From Gemmatimonadales bacterium (GTDB taxonomy: Bacteria > Gemmatimonadota > Gemmatimonadetes > Gemmatimonadales > GWC2-71-9), in the NCBI GenBank assembly GCA_038321865.1, contig JBBQFH010000005.1, forward strand, positions 11,237 through 75,236: a DNA stretch of 64,000 nt, in the 5' to 3' direction. Below are positions 1 to 9,311 of this stretch, in pieces. Numbering within the stretch: position 1 is the first letter of the stretch; each line of letters starts with the position of its first letter. A program made the position numbers and the translations under genes. The notes below the pieces were generated by a model. The model was not told the DNA's origin and did no database searches. It saw only the letters and a list, made by a program, of their open reading frames with translations.

Positions 1-303
1 ATCTCGTCGGGGTACAACATCTCAGGTCCCGAGGTCGAGGGCGTGCTGCTGCTGCATCCTGCGGTCCACGAGTGCGCCGTGATCGGCGCGCCGGACGCCG
101 AGCGGGGGCAGATCGTGAAGGCCTACATCGTCCTCCGGCCGGCGCACGCGCCGGGCGCCGACCTGGTGAAGGAGCTGCAGCAGTTCGTGAAGGCCGAGCT
201 CGCACCGTACAAGTATCCCCGCGCGATCGAGTTTGCCGGAGCGCTGCCGCGCACCGAGACCGGCAAGCTGCAGCGGTTCCGCCTTCGTGAGGACAGCGCA
301 TGA
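1..303 (+). CDS. AMP-dependent acyl-CoA ligase, C-terminal part (benzoate/2-aminobenzoate-CoA ligase-like); 5' end outside window
   Basis: Frame open from base 1: [13 protein letters not shown]...[25 protein letters not shown]...APYKYPR.IEF...[11 protein letters not shown], the ANL-family C-terminal domain with the A10 lysine. Confidence 0.85.
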   Translation: MSSGYNISGPEVEGVLLLHPAVHECAVIGAPDAERGQIVKAYIVLRPAHAPGADLVKELQQFVKAELAPYKYPRAIEFAGALPRTETGKLQRFRLREDSA

Positions 304-707
304 GCGAAGAGTTTTCCTTTCTCCGCCCCGCCGGCTGGGCCGAGCCGAAGGGATACACCGACGGCATCAGCGCGACCGGACGCATGGTCTTCGTGTCCGG
401 CCAGGTCGGGTGGAATCCCGCGACATGCGAGTTCGAGACCGACGACTTCGCCGGGCAGGCGGAGCAGGCGCTGGCCAACCTGCTCGCGGTCGTGCACGCC
501 GCGGGCGCCCGCCCCGAAAACCTGGTCCGGCTCACCTGGTACGTCACCGACCGCGAACGGTACGTCGCGGCGCGATCGGCACTCGGTGCCGCCTATCGCC
601 GCACCGTCGGTTCACATTATCCGGCGATGTCGCTCGTGATCGTCGGCGGGCTGCTCGAGCAGCGGGCGCTGCTCGAGATCGAGGCCACCGTCGTGATCCC
701 CGAGTGA
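300..707 (+). CDS. RidA/YjgF family protein
   Basis: [15 protein letters not shown] and [11 protein letters not shown] motifs; ATGA overlap with the ligase stop. Confidence 0.9.
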   Translation: MSEEFSFLRPAGWAEPKGYTDGISATGRMVFVSGQVGWNPATCEFETDDFAGQAEQALANLLAVVHAAGARPENLVRLTWYVTDRERYVAARSALGAAYRRTVGSHYPAMSLVIVGGLLEQRALLEIEATVVIPE

Positions 708-709
708 CG

Positions 710-1912
710 ATGCCCGACCCGGTGATCGTCGCGGCACTCCGGACGCCGGTCGGCCGGTACGGCGGCGCGCTGGCTCGGGTCCGCCCCGACGACCTCGCCG
801 CCGGCGTGCTGCGGGCGCTGGTCGAGCGTACCGCGCTGGACCCCGCCACCGTCGATGACGTCATCCTCGGCTGCACCAACCAGGCGGGCGAGGATTCGCG
901 CAACGTCGCCCGGATGGCGCTCCTGCTGGCCGGACTTCCGGTGGAGGTGCCGGGGCAGACCGTCAATCGCCTGTGCGGGTCCGGGTTGCAGGCCCTGGTC
1001 AGCGCCTCGCATGCGATCCGGGCCGGCGAAGGTTCCTGCTTCCTGGCCGGCGGCGTGGAGAGTATGTCGCGCGCGCCGTGGGTCACGCTCAAGCCCGAAG
1101 AGGGCTTTCCGCGTGGCGCGCCGGACACCGCCGACTCGACGATTGGCTGGCGCTTCACCAATCCGCGCCTGCCCGCCGAATGGACCGTCTCGATGGGGGA
1201 GACGGCGGAGGAGGTCGCCCGGCGCTACCGGATCTCGCGCGAGGACCAGGACGCCTTCGCCCTCGAGAGCCAGCGGCGCACCGCCGCGGCGGTCCGCTCG
1301 GGACGCTTTGCCGATGAGATCGTGCCGGTCGCGGTCACCGACCGGCGAGGGCGGACCACGCTGGTCGAGACCGACGAGCATCCCCGCCCCGACAGCAGCG
1401 CCGAGGCACTCGCCGCCCTGCCGCCGGCCTTCCGGGATCGGGGGACCGTCACCGCGGCCTCGTCGAGCGGTATCAACGACGGCGCGAGCGCGGCGCTGGT
1501 GATGGAGGCCGGGGCCGCGCGGGCCGCCGGCCTCACCCCGATGGCGCGTATCGTCTCGACGGGGGTGGCAGGCGTCGCGCCGGAGGTCATGGGCGTCGGG
1601 CCGGTGCCGGCGATGCGGAAAGCGCTCGGCCGCGCCGGCCTCACCGTGAACGACCTCGACCTCATCGAGCTGAACGAGGCCTTCGCCTCGCAGGCACTCG
1701 CCTGCATCCGTGACCTCGAGCTCGACCCCGCGCGCGTCAACGTGAACGGCGGCGCCATCTCCCTCGGCCACCCGCTCGGCTCCAGTGGCAGCCGCATCGT
1801 GGCGACGCTGGTGCACGAGCTCGCGCGCCGGGGCGGACGCTTCGGCGCGGCGACGATGTGCATCGGCGTGGGCCAGGGCATCGCGGTGATCGTGGAGCGC
1901 ATCGACCCATGA
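710..1912 (+). CDS. Acetyl-CoA C-acyltransferase (thiolase, PcaF/PaaJ-like)
   Basis: RTPVGRYGG, TVNRLCGSG (catalytic Cys), ELNEAFA, GGAISLGHPLG, MCIGVGQG; start taken at ATG 710 within ORF 233..1912. Confidence 0.92.
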   Translation: MPDPVIVAALRTPVGRYGGALARVRPDDLAAGVLRALVERTALDPATVDDVILGCTNQAGEDSRNVARMALLLAGLPVEVPGQTVNRLCGSGLQALVSASHAIRAGEGSCFLAGGVESMSRAPWVTLKPEEGFPRGAPDTADSTIGWRFTNPRLPAEWTVSMGETAEEVARRYRISREDQDAFALESQRRTAAAVRSGRFADEIVPVAVTDRRGRTTLVETDEHPRPDSSAEALAALPPAFRDRGTVTAASSSGINDGASAALVMEAGAARAAGLTPMARIVSTGVAGVAPEVMGVGPVPAMRKALGRAGLTVNDLDLIELNEAFASQALACIRDLELDPARVNVNGGAISLGHPLGSSGSRIVATLVHELARRGGRFGAATMCIGVGQGIAVIVERIDP

Positions 1913-2757
1913 TCGAGCAGGTGACGATCGTCGGCGCCGGCACGATGGGCCACGGCATTGCGGCGGTAGCGGCGATGGCCGGGTATCGCGTCGTGCTCAC
2001 CGACGCGCACGAAGCGGCCCTGCCCGAGGGGATGAAGCGCATCGGCGGGATCCTGGACAAGGCCATCGAGCGAGGGAAGCTCGCCCCGGATGCCCGTGCG
2101 GCCGTGCTCGGCCGGGTGCGCTCGATCGCTGATCTGGCCGACGCCGTTGGCAGCAGCGATCTGGTGATCGAGGCGATTCCCGAGCAGCTCGAGCTCAAGC
2201 GGACGCTCTTTGCCGCGGTCGAAGCGGCGGCGTCCGCAGGCGCGATCCTCGCCACCAATACGTCGTCGCTTCCGATTTCGGAGATCGCGGGCGCGCTCCG
2301 GAGGCCCGACCGCGTGGTCGGGCTCCACTTCTTCAATCCAGTTCCCGCCATGCGCCTCGTCGAGGTGGTGCGCGGTGCCAGAACGAGTGAGGCCACCGTC
2401 GCGGCCGCCCGCGCCTTTGCCGAGTCGCTCGGGAAGACGCCGATCGTCGTGCGGGACTCTCCCGGATTCGCCACCAGCCGGCTCGGCGTCGTCCTCGGCC
2501 TCGAGGCGATCCGCATGGTCGAGGAGGGCGTCGCCGCCGCAGCGGACATCGATCTCGCCATGGAGCTGGGCTACAACCACCCGATGGGTCCGCTTCGGCT
2601 CGGCGACCTGGTCGGGCTCGACGTGCGGCTCGCCATCGCCGATCACCTGCACGCCACGCTCGGCGGCGACACCTATGCCGCCCCTGCCCTGCTCCGACGC
2701 ATGGTGGCCGACGGCAAGCTGGGGAAGAAGGCCGGTCAGGGGTTTTATGAATGGTGA
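1909..2757 (+). CDS. 3-hydroxyacyl-CoA dehydrogenase
   Basis: GAGTMGHG Rossmann motif, EAIPE, ATNTSS, GLHFFNP, HPMGP, GKKAGQGFY; ATGA overlap with thiolase. Confidence 0.92.
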   Translation: MIEQVTIVGAGTMGHGIAAVAAMAGYRVVLTDAHEAALPEGMKRIGGILDKAIERGKLAPDARAAVLGRVRSIADLADAVGSSDLVIEAIPEQLELKRTLFAAVEAAASAGAILATNTSSLPISEIAGALRRPDRVVGLHFFNPVPAMRLVEVVRGARTSEATVAAARAFAESLGKTPIVVRDSPGFATSRLGVVLGLEAIRMVEEGVAAAADIDLAMELGYNHPMGPLRLGDLVGLDVRLAIADHLHATLGGDTYAAPALLRRMVADGKLGKKAGQGFYEW

Positions 2758-3532
2758 GACGCCGGTGCTGATCCGGGAGCGGCGGGGAGCCGTTGAGCTG
2801 CTGACGCTCAACCGGCCCGAAAAGCGGAACGCACTCAACGGCGAGCTCCGCGCGGCGCTCCTGACGGCGCTCGCCGGCATCGCGGCGGACCCGACTGTCC
2901 GCGCCGTCGTCATCACCGGCGCCGGAGACAAGGCGTTCGTCGCCGGCGCCGACGTGAGCGAGTTCGCCAAGCGCGACGTGGCGGCGCAGGCGCGGACGAT
3001 GCAGGGCCCGCGCGTCTACGACGCGGTCGCCGCCATGGAGCGGCCGGTGATCGCCGCGATCAACGGCGTCTGCCTGGGCGGCGGCCTCGAGCTCGCACTC
3101 GCCTGCGACATCCGCATCGCGTCCGCGGCCGCCCGGTTCGGCCAGCCCGAAGTCACTCTCGGCCTGATGCCGGGAGGTGGCGCCACCCAGCGGCTCCCGC
3201 GCCTCGTCGGCACCGGGGCGGCGCTCAGGCTGATCCTCACCGGCGACCCGATCGACGCGGCCGAAGCGCTGCGGATCGGGCTGATCGAGGAGATCACGGA
3301 GCCCGCCGGCTGCGTCACTCGTGCCGTCGCGCTGGCCGAGCGGATCGCCCGGAACGCCCCGGTGGCGGTGGCCGCCGCCAAGCGGGTGACCCGCGCGGCG
3401 CTGGGCCTGCCACTCGATGCCGGGCTCGACCTCGAACGCGCCGCATTCCTCGCCGCCTTCGCCTCGGATGACCGCACTGAGGGGGTCCGCGCCTTCCTCG
3501 AGAAGCGCCCGCCGACGTTCACCGGCCGATGA
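2747..3532 (+). CDS. Enoyl-CoA hydratase/isomerase
   Basis: LTLNRPEKRNAL, AFVAGAD, GGGLELALACD, FGQPEV.LGLMPGGGATQRLPR; both catalytic Glu residues present. Confidence 0.92.
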   Translation: MNGETPVLIRERRGAVELLTLNRPEKRNALNGELRAALLTALAGIAADPTVRAVVITGAGDKAFVAGADVSEFAKRDVAAQARTMQGPRVYDAVAAMERPVIAAINGVCLGGGLELALACDIRIASAAARFGQPEVTLGLMPGGGATQRLPRLVGTGAALRLILTGDPIDAAEALRIGLIEEITEPAGCVTRAVALAERIARNAPVAVAAAKRVTRAALGLPLDAGLDLERAAFLAAFASDDRTEGVRAFLEKRPPTFTGR

Positions 3533-4374
3533 AGACGCCGCTGCCGCAGCTGGTCACGGTCGGGGGAATCGGGCTGCACTACGCTGCCGCCGGCAGCGGT
3601 CGGGCGATCGTTTTCGTGCACGGCGGCCTGGGTGATTACCGCTACTGGGCGGCGCAGCTCGAGCCGTTCGCCGCGCGCGGGCGCGCGGTCACCTACAGCC
3701 GGCGCTACTCGTATCCCAACGACAATCACCCCTTCGACCCCGAGTACTCGCCGCTGAGCGATGCCCGCGATCTGATCGGCCTGATCGAGGCGCTGTCGCT
3801 CGGCCCAGCGCACGTCATCGCGGCCTCGATCGGGGCCTGTGGCGCGCTCTTCGCGGCGGTCGAGCGTCCCGATCTGGTCCGCTCGCTGGTGGTGGCTGAG
3901 CCGCCGATGCTGCGCTGGCTGCCCGAGCTGCCCGGTGGCGGCGCTGTCTGGCGCGCCTTCCGGGAGCAGGTCTGGGACGTCTGCACCGAAGGCTTCCGCC
4001 GAGGCGAGCGCGTGCGGGCGGTGGCGGCGTTCATCGACTACTTTCTCGGTCCGGGCCGCTACGACCGTCTCCCGGCGCCGGTGCGTGCCCGGATCCTCGA
4101 GGACTCGCGTGACCTCGAGGCGCAGGCACTGTCGGTCGCTCCCTTTCCCGAGCTGGGCCGTGACGCCATCCGGGCGCTCCCGATGCGGGTGCTGATGCTG
4201 AGCGGCGCGCTCACCCGCCCCACTCACGCGCTGGTGGATGCCGAGCTGGAGACGGTGCTGTCGCTCGGCGAGCGCGTCATCGTGCCGGCGGCCGGGCATG
4301 ATGTGTGGGTCGAGCAGCCGGCATTCTGCCGCGATGCGACGCTCGCGTTCCTGAATCGGGTGGAGCAGCGGTGA
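3529..4374 (+). CDS. Alpha/beta hydrolase
   Basis: VFVHGG, nucleophile elbow AASIG, LVVAEPP, C-terminal AGH; ATGA overlap. Confidence 0.8.
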   Translation: MKTPLPQLVTVGGIGLHYAAAGSGRAIVFVHGGLGDYRYWAAQLEPFAARGRAVTYSRRYSYPNDNHPFDPEYSPLSDARDLIGLIEALSLGPAHVIAASIGACGALFAAVERPDLVRSLVVAEPPMLRWLPELPGGGAVWRAFREQVWDVCTEGFRRGERVRAVAAFIDYFLGPGRYDRLPAPVRARILEDSRDLEAQALSVAPFPELGRDAIRALPMRVLMLSGALTRPTHALVDAELETVLSLGERVIVPAAGHDVWVEQPAFCRDATLAFLNRVEQR

Positions 4375-4979
4375 ATCACTATCTCGCGCTGGGCGATTCC
4401 TACACCATCGGCGAGGGCGTCGAGGCCGGCGGCCGCTGGCCGCTCCAGCTGCGGAAGCGCCTCGTCGCCCGGAACGTCGAGCTCGAGCCGCCCACGATCA
4501 TCGCCCAGACCGGCTGGACCACGGCGGAGCTGATGGCGGGAATCCGTGAGGCCGCCCCTGAGGGCCCGTTCGCCCTGGTGTCGCTCTCCATCGGGGTAAA
4601 CAATCAGTACCGCGGCCTGCCGCTCGAGGAGTACCGCGCCCAGTTTGGCGAATTGCTCGCGCTGGCGGCGGGGCTCGCGGGGGGTGAGTCGCGCAAGGTG
4701 CTGGTGCTGTCGATTCCCGACTGGGGCGTCACGCCGTTCGCCAAGGGGCGCAACCGGCCGGCGATCGCCGAGGACATCGACCGGTTCAATGCCGCGTGCC
4801 GCGAGGAGACCGGCCGCGTCCGGGCCCGGCACGTGGACGTGACGGCCATCTCCCGCCGGCACGGCGACGACGCTAACTATCTTGCACCCGACGGCCTGCA
4901 CCCCTCCGCACCCATGTACTCCGAGTGGGCCCACGCCGCCGAAGCCGAGGCGCGCCAGGCGCTCGGGGCGAGACGGTAG
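4371..4979 (+). CDS. SGNH/GDSL hydrolase
   Basis: YLALGDSYT, IGVNN, DGLHPS; GTG start overlaps the upstream stop. Confidence 0.88.
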   Translation: MNHYLALGDSYTIGEGVEAGGRWPLQLRKRLVARNVELEPPTIIAQTGWTTAELMAGIREAAPEGPFALVSLSIGVNNQYRGLPLEEYRAQFGELLALAAGLAGGESRKVLVLSIPDWGVTPFAKGRNRPAIAEDIDRFNAACREETGRVRARHVDVTAISRRHGDDANYLAPDGLHPSAPMYSEWAHAAEAEARQALGARR

Positions 4980-5018
4980 CCAGCCGCCACCGGGCGCGAT
5001 CCATCCACGCGAGGTCCC

Positions 5019-5819
5019 ATGTCGTTCGGACTGCCCGACAGCCAGCAGAAGCTCACCTACGGCGGATACCTGCGGATCCGGGAGCTGACCGCGCTCCAGG
5101 AGCTGCAGTCGAGTCCGGGCCAGCACGACGAGACGCTCTTCATCATCATCCACCAGACCTACGAGCTCTGGTTCAAGCAGGTGCTCCACGAGGTGGATGC
5201 GATCATTGCTCATCTCGACCGCGACGAGGTGCTCGGGGCCACCCGGCTGCTCCACCGCTGCCTCGAGATCCAGCGCGTGCTCGTCAGCCAGATCACGGTG
5301 CTGGAGACGATGACGCCGGTGGACTTCCTCAGCTTTCGCGACCACCTCATGCCGGCCAGCGGCTTCCAGTCGGCGCAGTTCCGTGAGATCGAGTTCGTCT
5401 CGGGATTGAAGGACCCGAAGTTTCTCGGCAACTACGAAGCGGGCTCGGTCGAGCACGGCACGCTCACACGCCGGCTCGAGGCGGGTTCGCTGCGTGACGC
5501 CTTTCACGCGCTGCTCCGGCGGCGGGGCTTCGCGCTGCCGGAAAGCGGGGGCACTGAAGAGGCTGCGGTCGAGGCGCTCATCACCCTGTACCGCGATCCG
5601 TCACGGCAGTACGACGTGTTCCTCCTGGCCGAAGGCCTGACCGAGTACGACGAGATGTTCTCGCTCTGGCGGATGCGGCACGTGCAGATGGTGGAGCGGG
5701 TGATCGGCGGACGGCCGGGGACCGGCGGCAGCGACGGCGCATCGTATCTCCGGAGCACGGTCAGTCGGCGATTCTTTCCGGAGCTGTGGGAGATGCGATC
5801 GCGGATCGGTGCGAGCTGA
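5019..5819 (+). CDS. kynA: Tryptophan 2,3-dioxygenase
   Basis: LTY..YL, HDETLFIIIHQTYELWFK, ASGFQS.QFR, WR.RH..MVERVIG..PGTGGS, FFPELW. Confidence 0.93.
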   Translation: MSFGLPDSQQKLTYGGYLRIRELTALQELQSSPGQHDETLFIIIHQTYELWFKQVLHEVDAIIAHLDRDEVLGATRLLHRCLEIQRVLVSQITVLETMTPVDFLSFRDHLMPASGFQSAQFREIEFVSGLKDPKFLGNYEAGSVEHGTLTRRLEAGSLRDAFHALLRRRGFALPESGGTEEAAVEALITLYRDPSRQYDVFLLAEGLTEYDEMFSLWRMRHVQMVERVIGGRPGTGGSDGASYLRSTVSRRFFPELWEMRSRIGAS

Positions 5820-5824
5820 CGCCG

Positions 5825-6388
5825 GTGACGCACCAGGCGACCCTCGTCCCGACGCTTGAGACCGGGCGCCTCGTTCTCCGTCCGTTCACCCTCGATGACG
5901 CGCCGGCGATCCACGCGCACGTGAGCCAGTGGGACGTCGCCTCCACCACGCTCAACATTCCGCACCCCTACGAGCCGGGCATGGCGGAATCCTGGGTGCG
6001 GACCCATGCGATCAGCGCGGCGGCCGGCGACGGCTTCACGCTGGCGATCACCGAGCGCGCCGCGGGAACCCTCGTCGGCTCCATAGGACTTCGGGTCTGG
6101 GAGGCGCATGGCCGGGGCGAGCTCGGGTACTGGATCGGAAAGCCGTACTGGGGCCGCGGCTACGTGACCGAGGCGGCCGGCGCGGTCATGGCCTATGGTT
6201 TCGGTACCCTCGCGCTCAATCGCATCGAGGCCCACCACCTCTCCCGCAATCCCGCCTCCGGCCGGGTGATGCAGAAGCTGGGCATGACCTGGGAGGGCCG
6301 GATGCGCGATCACGTGAAGAAGTGGGGATCGTTCGAGGACGTCGAAGCCTACTCCATCCTGCGGCGGGAGTACGACGCACGTGGCTGA
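5825..6388 (+). CDS. GNAT N-acetyltransferase (RimJ/RimL-like)
   Basis: LETGRLVLRPF, ELGYWIG.PYWGRGY.TEA, NPAS.RVMQKLGM..EG; start approximate (GTG 5825). Confidence 0.85.
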   Translation: MTHQATLVPTLETGRLVLRPFTLDDAPAIHAHVSQWDVASTTLNIPHPYEPGMAESWVRTHAISAAAGDGFTLAITERAAGTLVGSIGLRVWEAHGRGELGYWIGKPYWGRGYVTEAAGAVMAYGFGTLALNRIEAHHLSRNPASGRVMQKLGMTWEGRMRDHVKKWGSFEDVEAYSILRREYDARG

Positions 6389-6890
6389 CCAGCTCTCCCG
6401 CCGGACTCCTCCGGCCACGACGGTGCACGACCGGCAGATCGAGCGGCTCCGCACGCTGGCGCACTGGCTGGACGACGGCATCCCGGTGCCCGGCACCGGA
6501 TTCCGGTTCGGGGTGGACGCCATCCTCGATATCGTCCCGGTGCTCGGCGATTTCGCCGGCGTCGGGTTCTCGTCGTGGATACTGCTCCAGGCCTCGCGCA
6601 TGGGCGCGTCGAAGACCACCCTGCTCCGGATGCTGTGGAACATCGGCGTGGACGCGCTGGTCGGCATCGTGCCCGCGATCGGCGTCTTCTTCGACGCCGC
6701 GTGGAAGGCGAACCTCAAGAACGTGGCCCTGCTGGAAGGCCAGGCACTGCACCCGGCGGAGACGCACCGCGCGAGCCGGAAGTTCGCGGTCGTGCTGCTG
6801 ACCGGCGCTGCCCTGCTGGCGATCGGCGCCGCCGCCGCCACCTGGTTCCTCCTCCGCGCCGGCTCGGCGCTGCTGCGCCACACCTTCTGA
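6381..6890 (+). CDS. DUF4112-family membrane protein
   Basis: LDDGIPVPGTGFRFGVDAI...VPVLGD...RML.N...DALVGIVP.IG.FFD.AWKAN.KN. Confidence 0.85.
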   Translation: MADQLSRRTPPATTVHDRQIERLRTLAHWLDDGIPVPGTGFRFGVDAILDIVPVLGDFAGVGFSSWILLQASRMGASKTTLLRMLWNIGVDALVGIVPAIGVFFDAAWKANLKNVALLEGQALHPAETHRASRKFAVVLLTGAALLAIGAAAATWFLLRAGSALLRHTF

Positions 6891-6904
6891 CCGCCATCAG
6901 ACTG

Positions 6905-7384
6905 GTGCTGTTCGGTCTCGCCGCGGCCTGTGCCACGCCGCCGGCGCTGCACCCGGGCCTCAGCTGCCGGGTGGAGCGCGTGTCCGACGGCGACACCTTC
7001 CGGGCCCGCTGCCCCAATGCGCTCAAGGTGCGCCTCCTGCAGATCGACGCCCCCGAGCGCGACCAGCCGCCGTATGGCCGCCAGGCCTGGACCCACCTCG
7101 AGGAGCTCCTCCCCCGCGGCAGCGCCGTCACCCTCGAGCTCGATGTGCGGCAGCGGGACCAGTATGGCCGCACCCTCGCCTACGCGTACGATGCGAAGGG
7201 CCGCATGGTCAACGAGGAGATGGTGCGCGCCGGCTACGCCGTGGTGCTGGTCTACCCGCCCAACGTGCGCTATGTCGAGCGGATCCGCGCCGCGGCCGCC
7301 GAAGCGCGCACCGCAAGGCGCGGGCTGTGGGAGACGGACGGCTTCTCCTGCTCGCCCAAGGATCACCGGCAGCGGCGCTGCTGA
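6905..7384 (+). CDS. Thermonuclease (SNase) family lipoprotein
   Basis: RVSDGDT, VRLLQIDAPE, DQYGRTLAY, VNEEMVR.GYA, A..ARRGLW; lipobox-like LAAAC; start uncertain (CTG 6887 or GTG 6905). Confidence 0.85.
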   Translation: MLFGLAAACATPPALHPGLSCRVERVSDGDTFRARCPNALKVRLLQIDAPERDQPPYGRQAWTHLEELLPRGSAVTLELDVRQRDQYGRTLAYAYDAKGRMVNEEMVRAGYAVVLVYPPNVRYVERIRAAAAEARTARRGLWETDGFSCSPKDHRQRRC

Positions 7385-7517
7385 TGGGGCCGCGGCTCGG
7401 CGGTCGCCGCCGCGGTGCTGGACTGCGGCGATCCCCCTCTTACCAGCCGGCGCTCCCGGGCGTAGGTTCGGGCGCTTCCCCTGATCCCGATCCTCCGACT
7501 CACTCCAGGAGCTCGTC

Positions 7518-8087
7518 ATGACCGACCTGATGGCGCTGTGGCTGCCCATTCTTCTGTCGGCGGTGATCGTATTCGTCGTGAGCTCGATCATCCACATGGC
7601 CATGCCCTGGCACAAGAACGAGTATCCGCAGGTCCCCGACGAGAACCGGTTCATGGAAGCCGTCCGCCCGCTGGCCATCCCGCCCGGCGACTACATGGTG
7701 CCCCGCTGCAACGACATGAAGGAGATGAAGACGCCGGCGTTCGCCGACAAGCTGGCCAAGGGACCGGTCATGATCATGACCGTGCTGCCGAACGGGATGA
7801 TGAGCATGACCCGGAGCCTGACGCTCTGGTTCGTCTATCTCGTGGTCACGGGGCTGTTCGCGGGCTATGTCGCGAGCCGGGCGCTCCCGCCGGGCGCCGA
7901 CTACCTCAGGGTCTTCCAGCTGGTCGGCGCCAGCGCGTTCATGGCGTATGCCTTCGGGCTCTGGCAGATGAACATCTGGTATCACCGGTCGATGAGCACC
8001 ACGGTCAAGTCCACGTTCGACAGTCTGATCTACGCGCTGCTCACGGCCGGCACTTTCGGCTGGCTCTGGCCGCACCTCGCCGCCTGA
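7518..8087 (+). CDS. Hypothetical membrane protein
   Basis: AGGAG RBS; several hydrophobic segments; ends FGWLWP; protein-like composition. Confidence 0.75.
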   Translation: MTDLMALWLPILLSAVIVFVVSSIIHMAMPWHKNEYPQVPDENRFMEAVRPLAIPPGDYMVPRCNDMKEMKTPAFADKLAKGPVMIMTVLPNGMMSMTRSLTLWFVYLVVTGLFAGYVASRALPPGADYLRVFQLVGASAFMAYAFGLWQMNIWYHRSMSTTVKSTFDSLIYALLTAGTFGWLWPHLAA

Positions 8088-8105
8088 CGGCGACGCTTCC
8101 CTGCC

Positions 8106-8615
8106 TCAGAATCGGACCGACAGACCGGCGCTGACACTCGGATAAGCGCCGGTCGCGGTCACCCGCACCTTGGCCGACGCCGTCACGCCGAGTCCCGGCG
8201 TCAGCCATTGCGTCACATGCCCGCCGGCGAACCCGCCGATGCCGCCGCCGACCAGCTCCGAGCTGTCTCCCACCAGAAACGCCGTGACGCCGGCCGTCGC
8301 GCCCAGGTCGGTGCGGCGGCCCTGCTGCGTCCAGGTCGCGCCGAGATCGGCTGCGGCTCCCCCGGCGCCGCCGCCGAAGACGGGGAGCGAGAGGGTGAGA
8401 CCGGCGCCCCATCGGTTGCGGCCGTCGTAGCGCACCGAGAGCTCGGGGCCGTATCCCCAGCCCTCGCGGCTCCCTACCGAGATGCCGGTGGCGGACGCGG
8501 TCAGATTCCAGTGCCGGAAGGCAGGCGCCTGGGCCTCTGACTGACGCGCGGCGACGGCTGAAGCGGCGAGGGCGATTAAGGTGATTTCTATCAACGGCTT
8601 GCGATGGAACGGCAT
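8106..8615 (-). CDS. Hypothetical secreted protein, possibly a small beta-barrel
   Basis: Signal peptide; alternating beta-strand pattern; terminal Phe (GLSVRF); AGGAG RBS. Confidence 0.6.
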   Translation of the reverse strand: MPFHRKPLIEITLIALAASAVAARQSEAQAPAFRHWNLTASATGISVGSREGWGYGPELSVRYDGRNRWGAGLTLSLPVFGGGAGGAAADLGATWTQQGRRTDLGATAGVTAFLVGDSSELVGGGIGGFAGGHVTQWLTPGLGVTASAKVRVTATGAYPSVSAGLSVRF

Positions 8616-8882
8616 GGCTGGCTCCTGAACCGGTGGGCGATTGGTTGAGCCATACTACCGTGTCGGCGTTGCCTGGCCGTGACCCGGCGCCGCGGCCGGG
8701 CAGCGCCCCGGGGGGTCACGCCTCGGGGACGGGAATTCGACCCTGGTGCGCCTGCTCCGCCTGCCGAGCGGGCGCCGGTGGTGCAACGCCCACGCCGACC
8801 CCACATTGATTGAAGGAAGCGCCGCCGCGGGTTCCGGCTCACGTCGGCATGGGTACGACTCGCCCGGAGTGACGAGAGACCG

Positions 8883-9308
8883 ATGAACGGATTCCGCGCG
8901 GCCCTCGCCATCCTCGTCGTCACCGCCTGCGGCGATGGCCTCGCCGGACCAGCCGACAGCGTCCTGATCGGCCAGTTCGGGATCGCGACGATGCCGATCG
9001 AGCTGCTGGCGACGCACGCCGGCATCGAGCTCGATCTCGACTGCGGCCGCTACTTCGCCTCGAGCGAGTCCGCCCTGCTCGCTCCGGACGGCAGCTTCCG
9101 CCTCCGCGGCCGCTATCACGCCGGCAGCTTCGTGATCCCCTCCGAGCTCGGCGCCACGATCTCGGGTGCTGTCGGGAGCCAGAGCCAGCCTGGCACGGTG
9201 AGCGTGACCCTCACCCTCGACGGCAGCGGTCCGCTGGCCGATCCGTTCAGCATCACGCTCACGCGCGGCGTGCGCTTCGAAGGCCAGCCTCAGGCCTGCC
9301 CGGTCTGA
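8883..9308 (+). CDS. Hypothetical lipoprotein
   Basis: Lipobox VTAC after a hydrophobic stretch. Confidence 0.65.
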   Translation: MNGFRAALAILVVTACGDGLAGPADSVLIGQFGIATMPIELLATHAGIELDLDCGRYFASSESALLAPDGSFRLRGRYHAGSFVIPSELGATISGAVGSQSQPGTVSVTLTLDGSGPLADPFSITLTRGVRFEGQPQACPV

Positions 9309-9311
9309 ACG

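Noticed and set aside
6905-7384. Thermonuclease as part of a defence or mobile element
   Set aside because: Lipoprotein SNase in an ordinary chromosomal context, with no mobility or defence genes nearby
5504-7678. Long antisense ORFs (5504..7678, 19555..21912, 22940..24490, 54957..57119, 61145..63181 and similar)
   Set aside because: Shadows of motif-bearing genes on the opposite strand, expected at high GC; Arg/Ala/Pro-rich with no motifs
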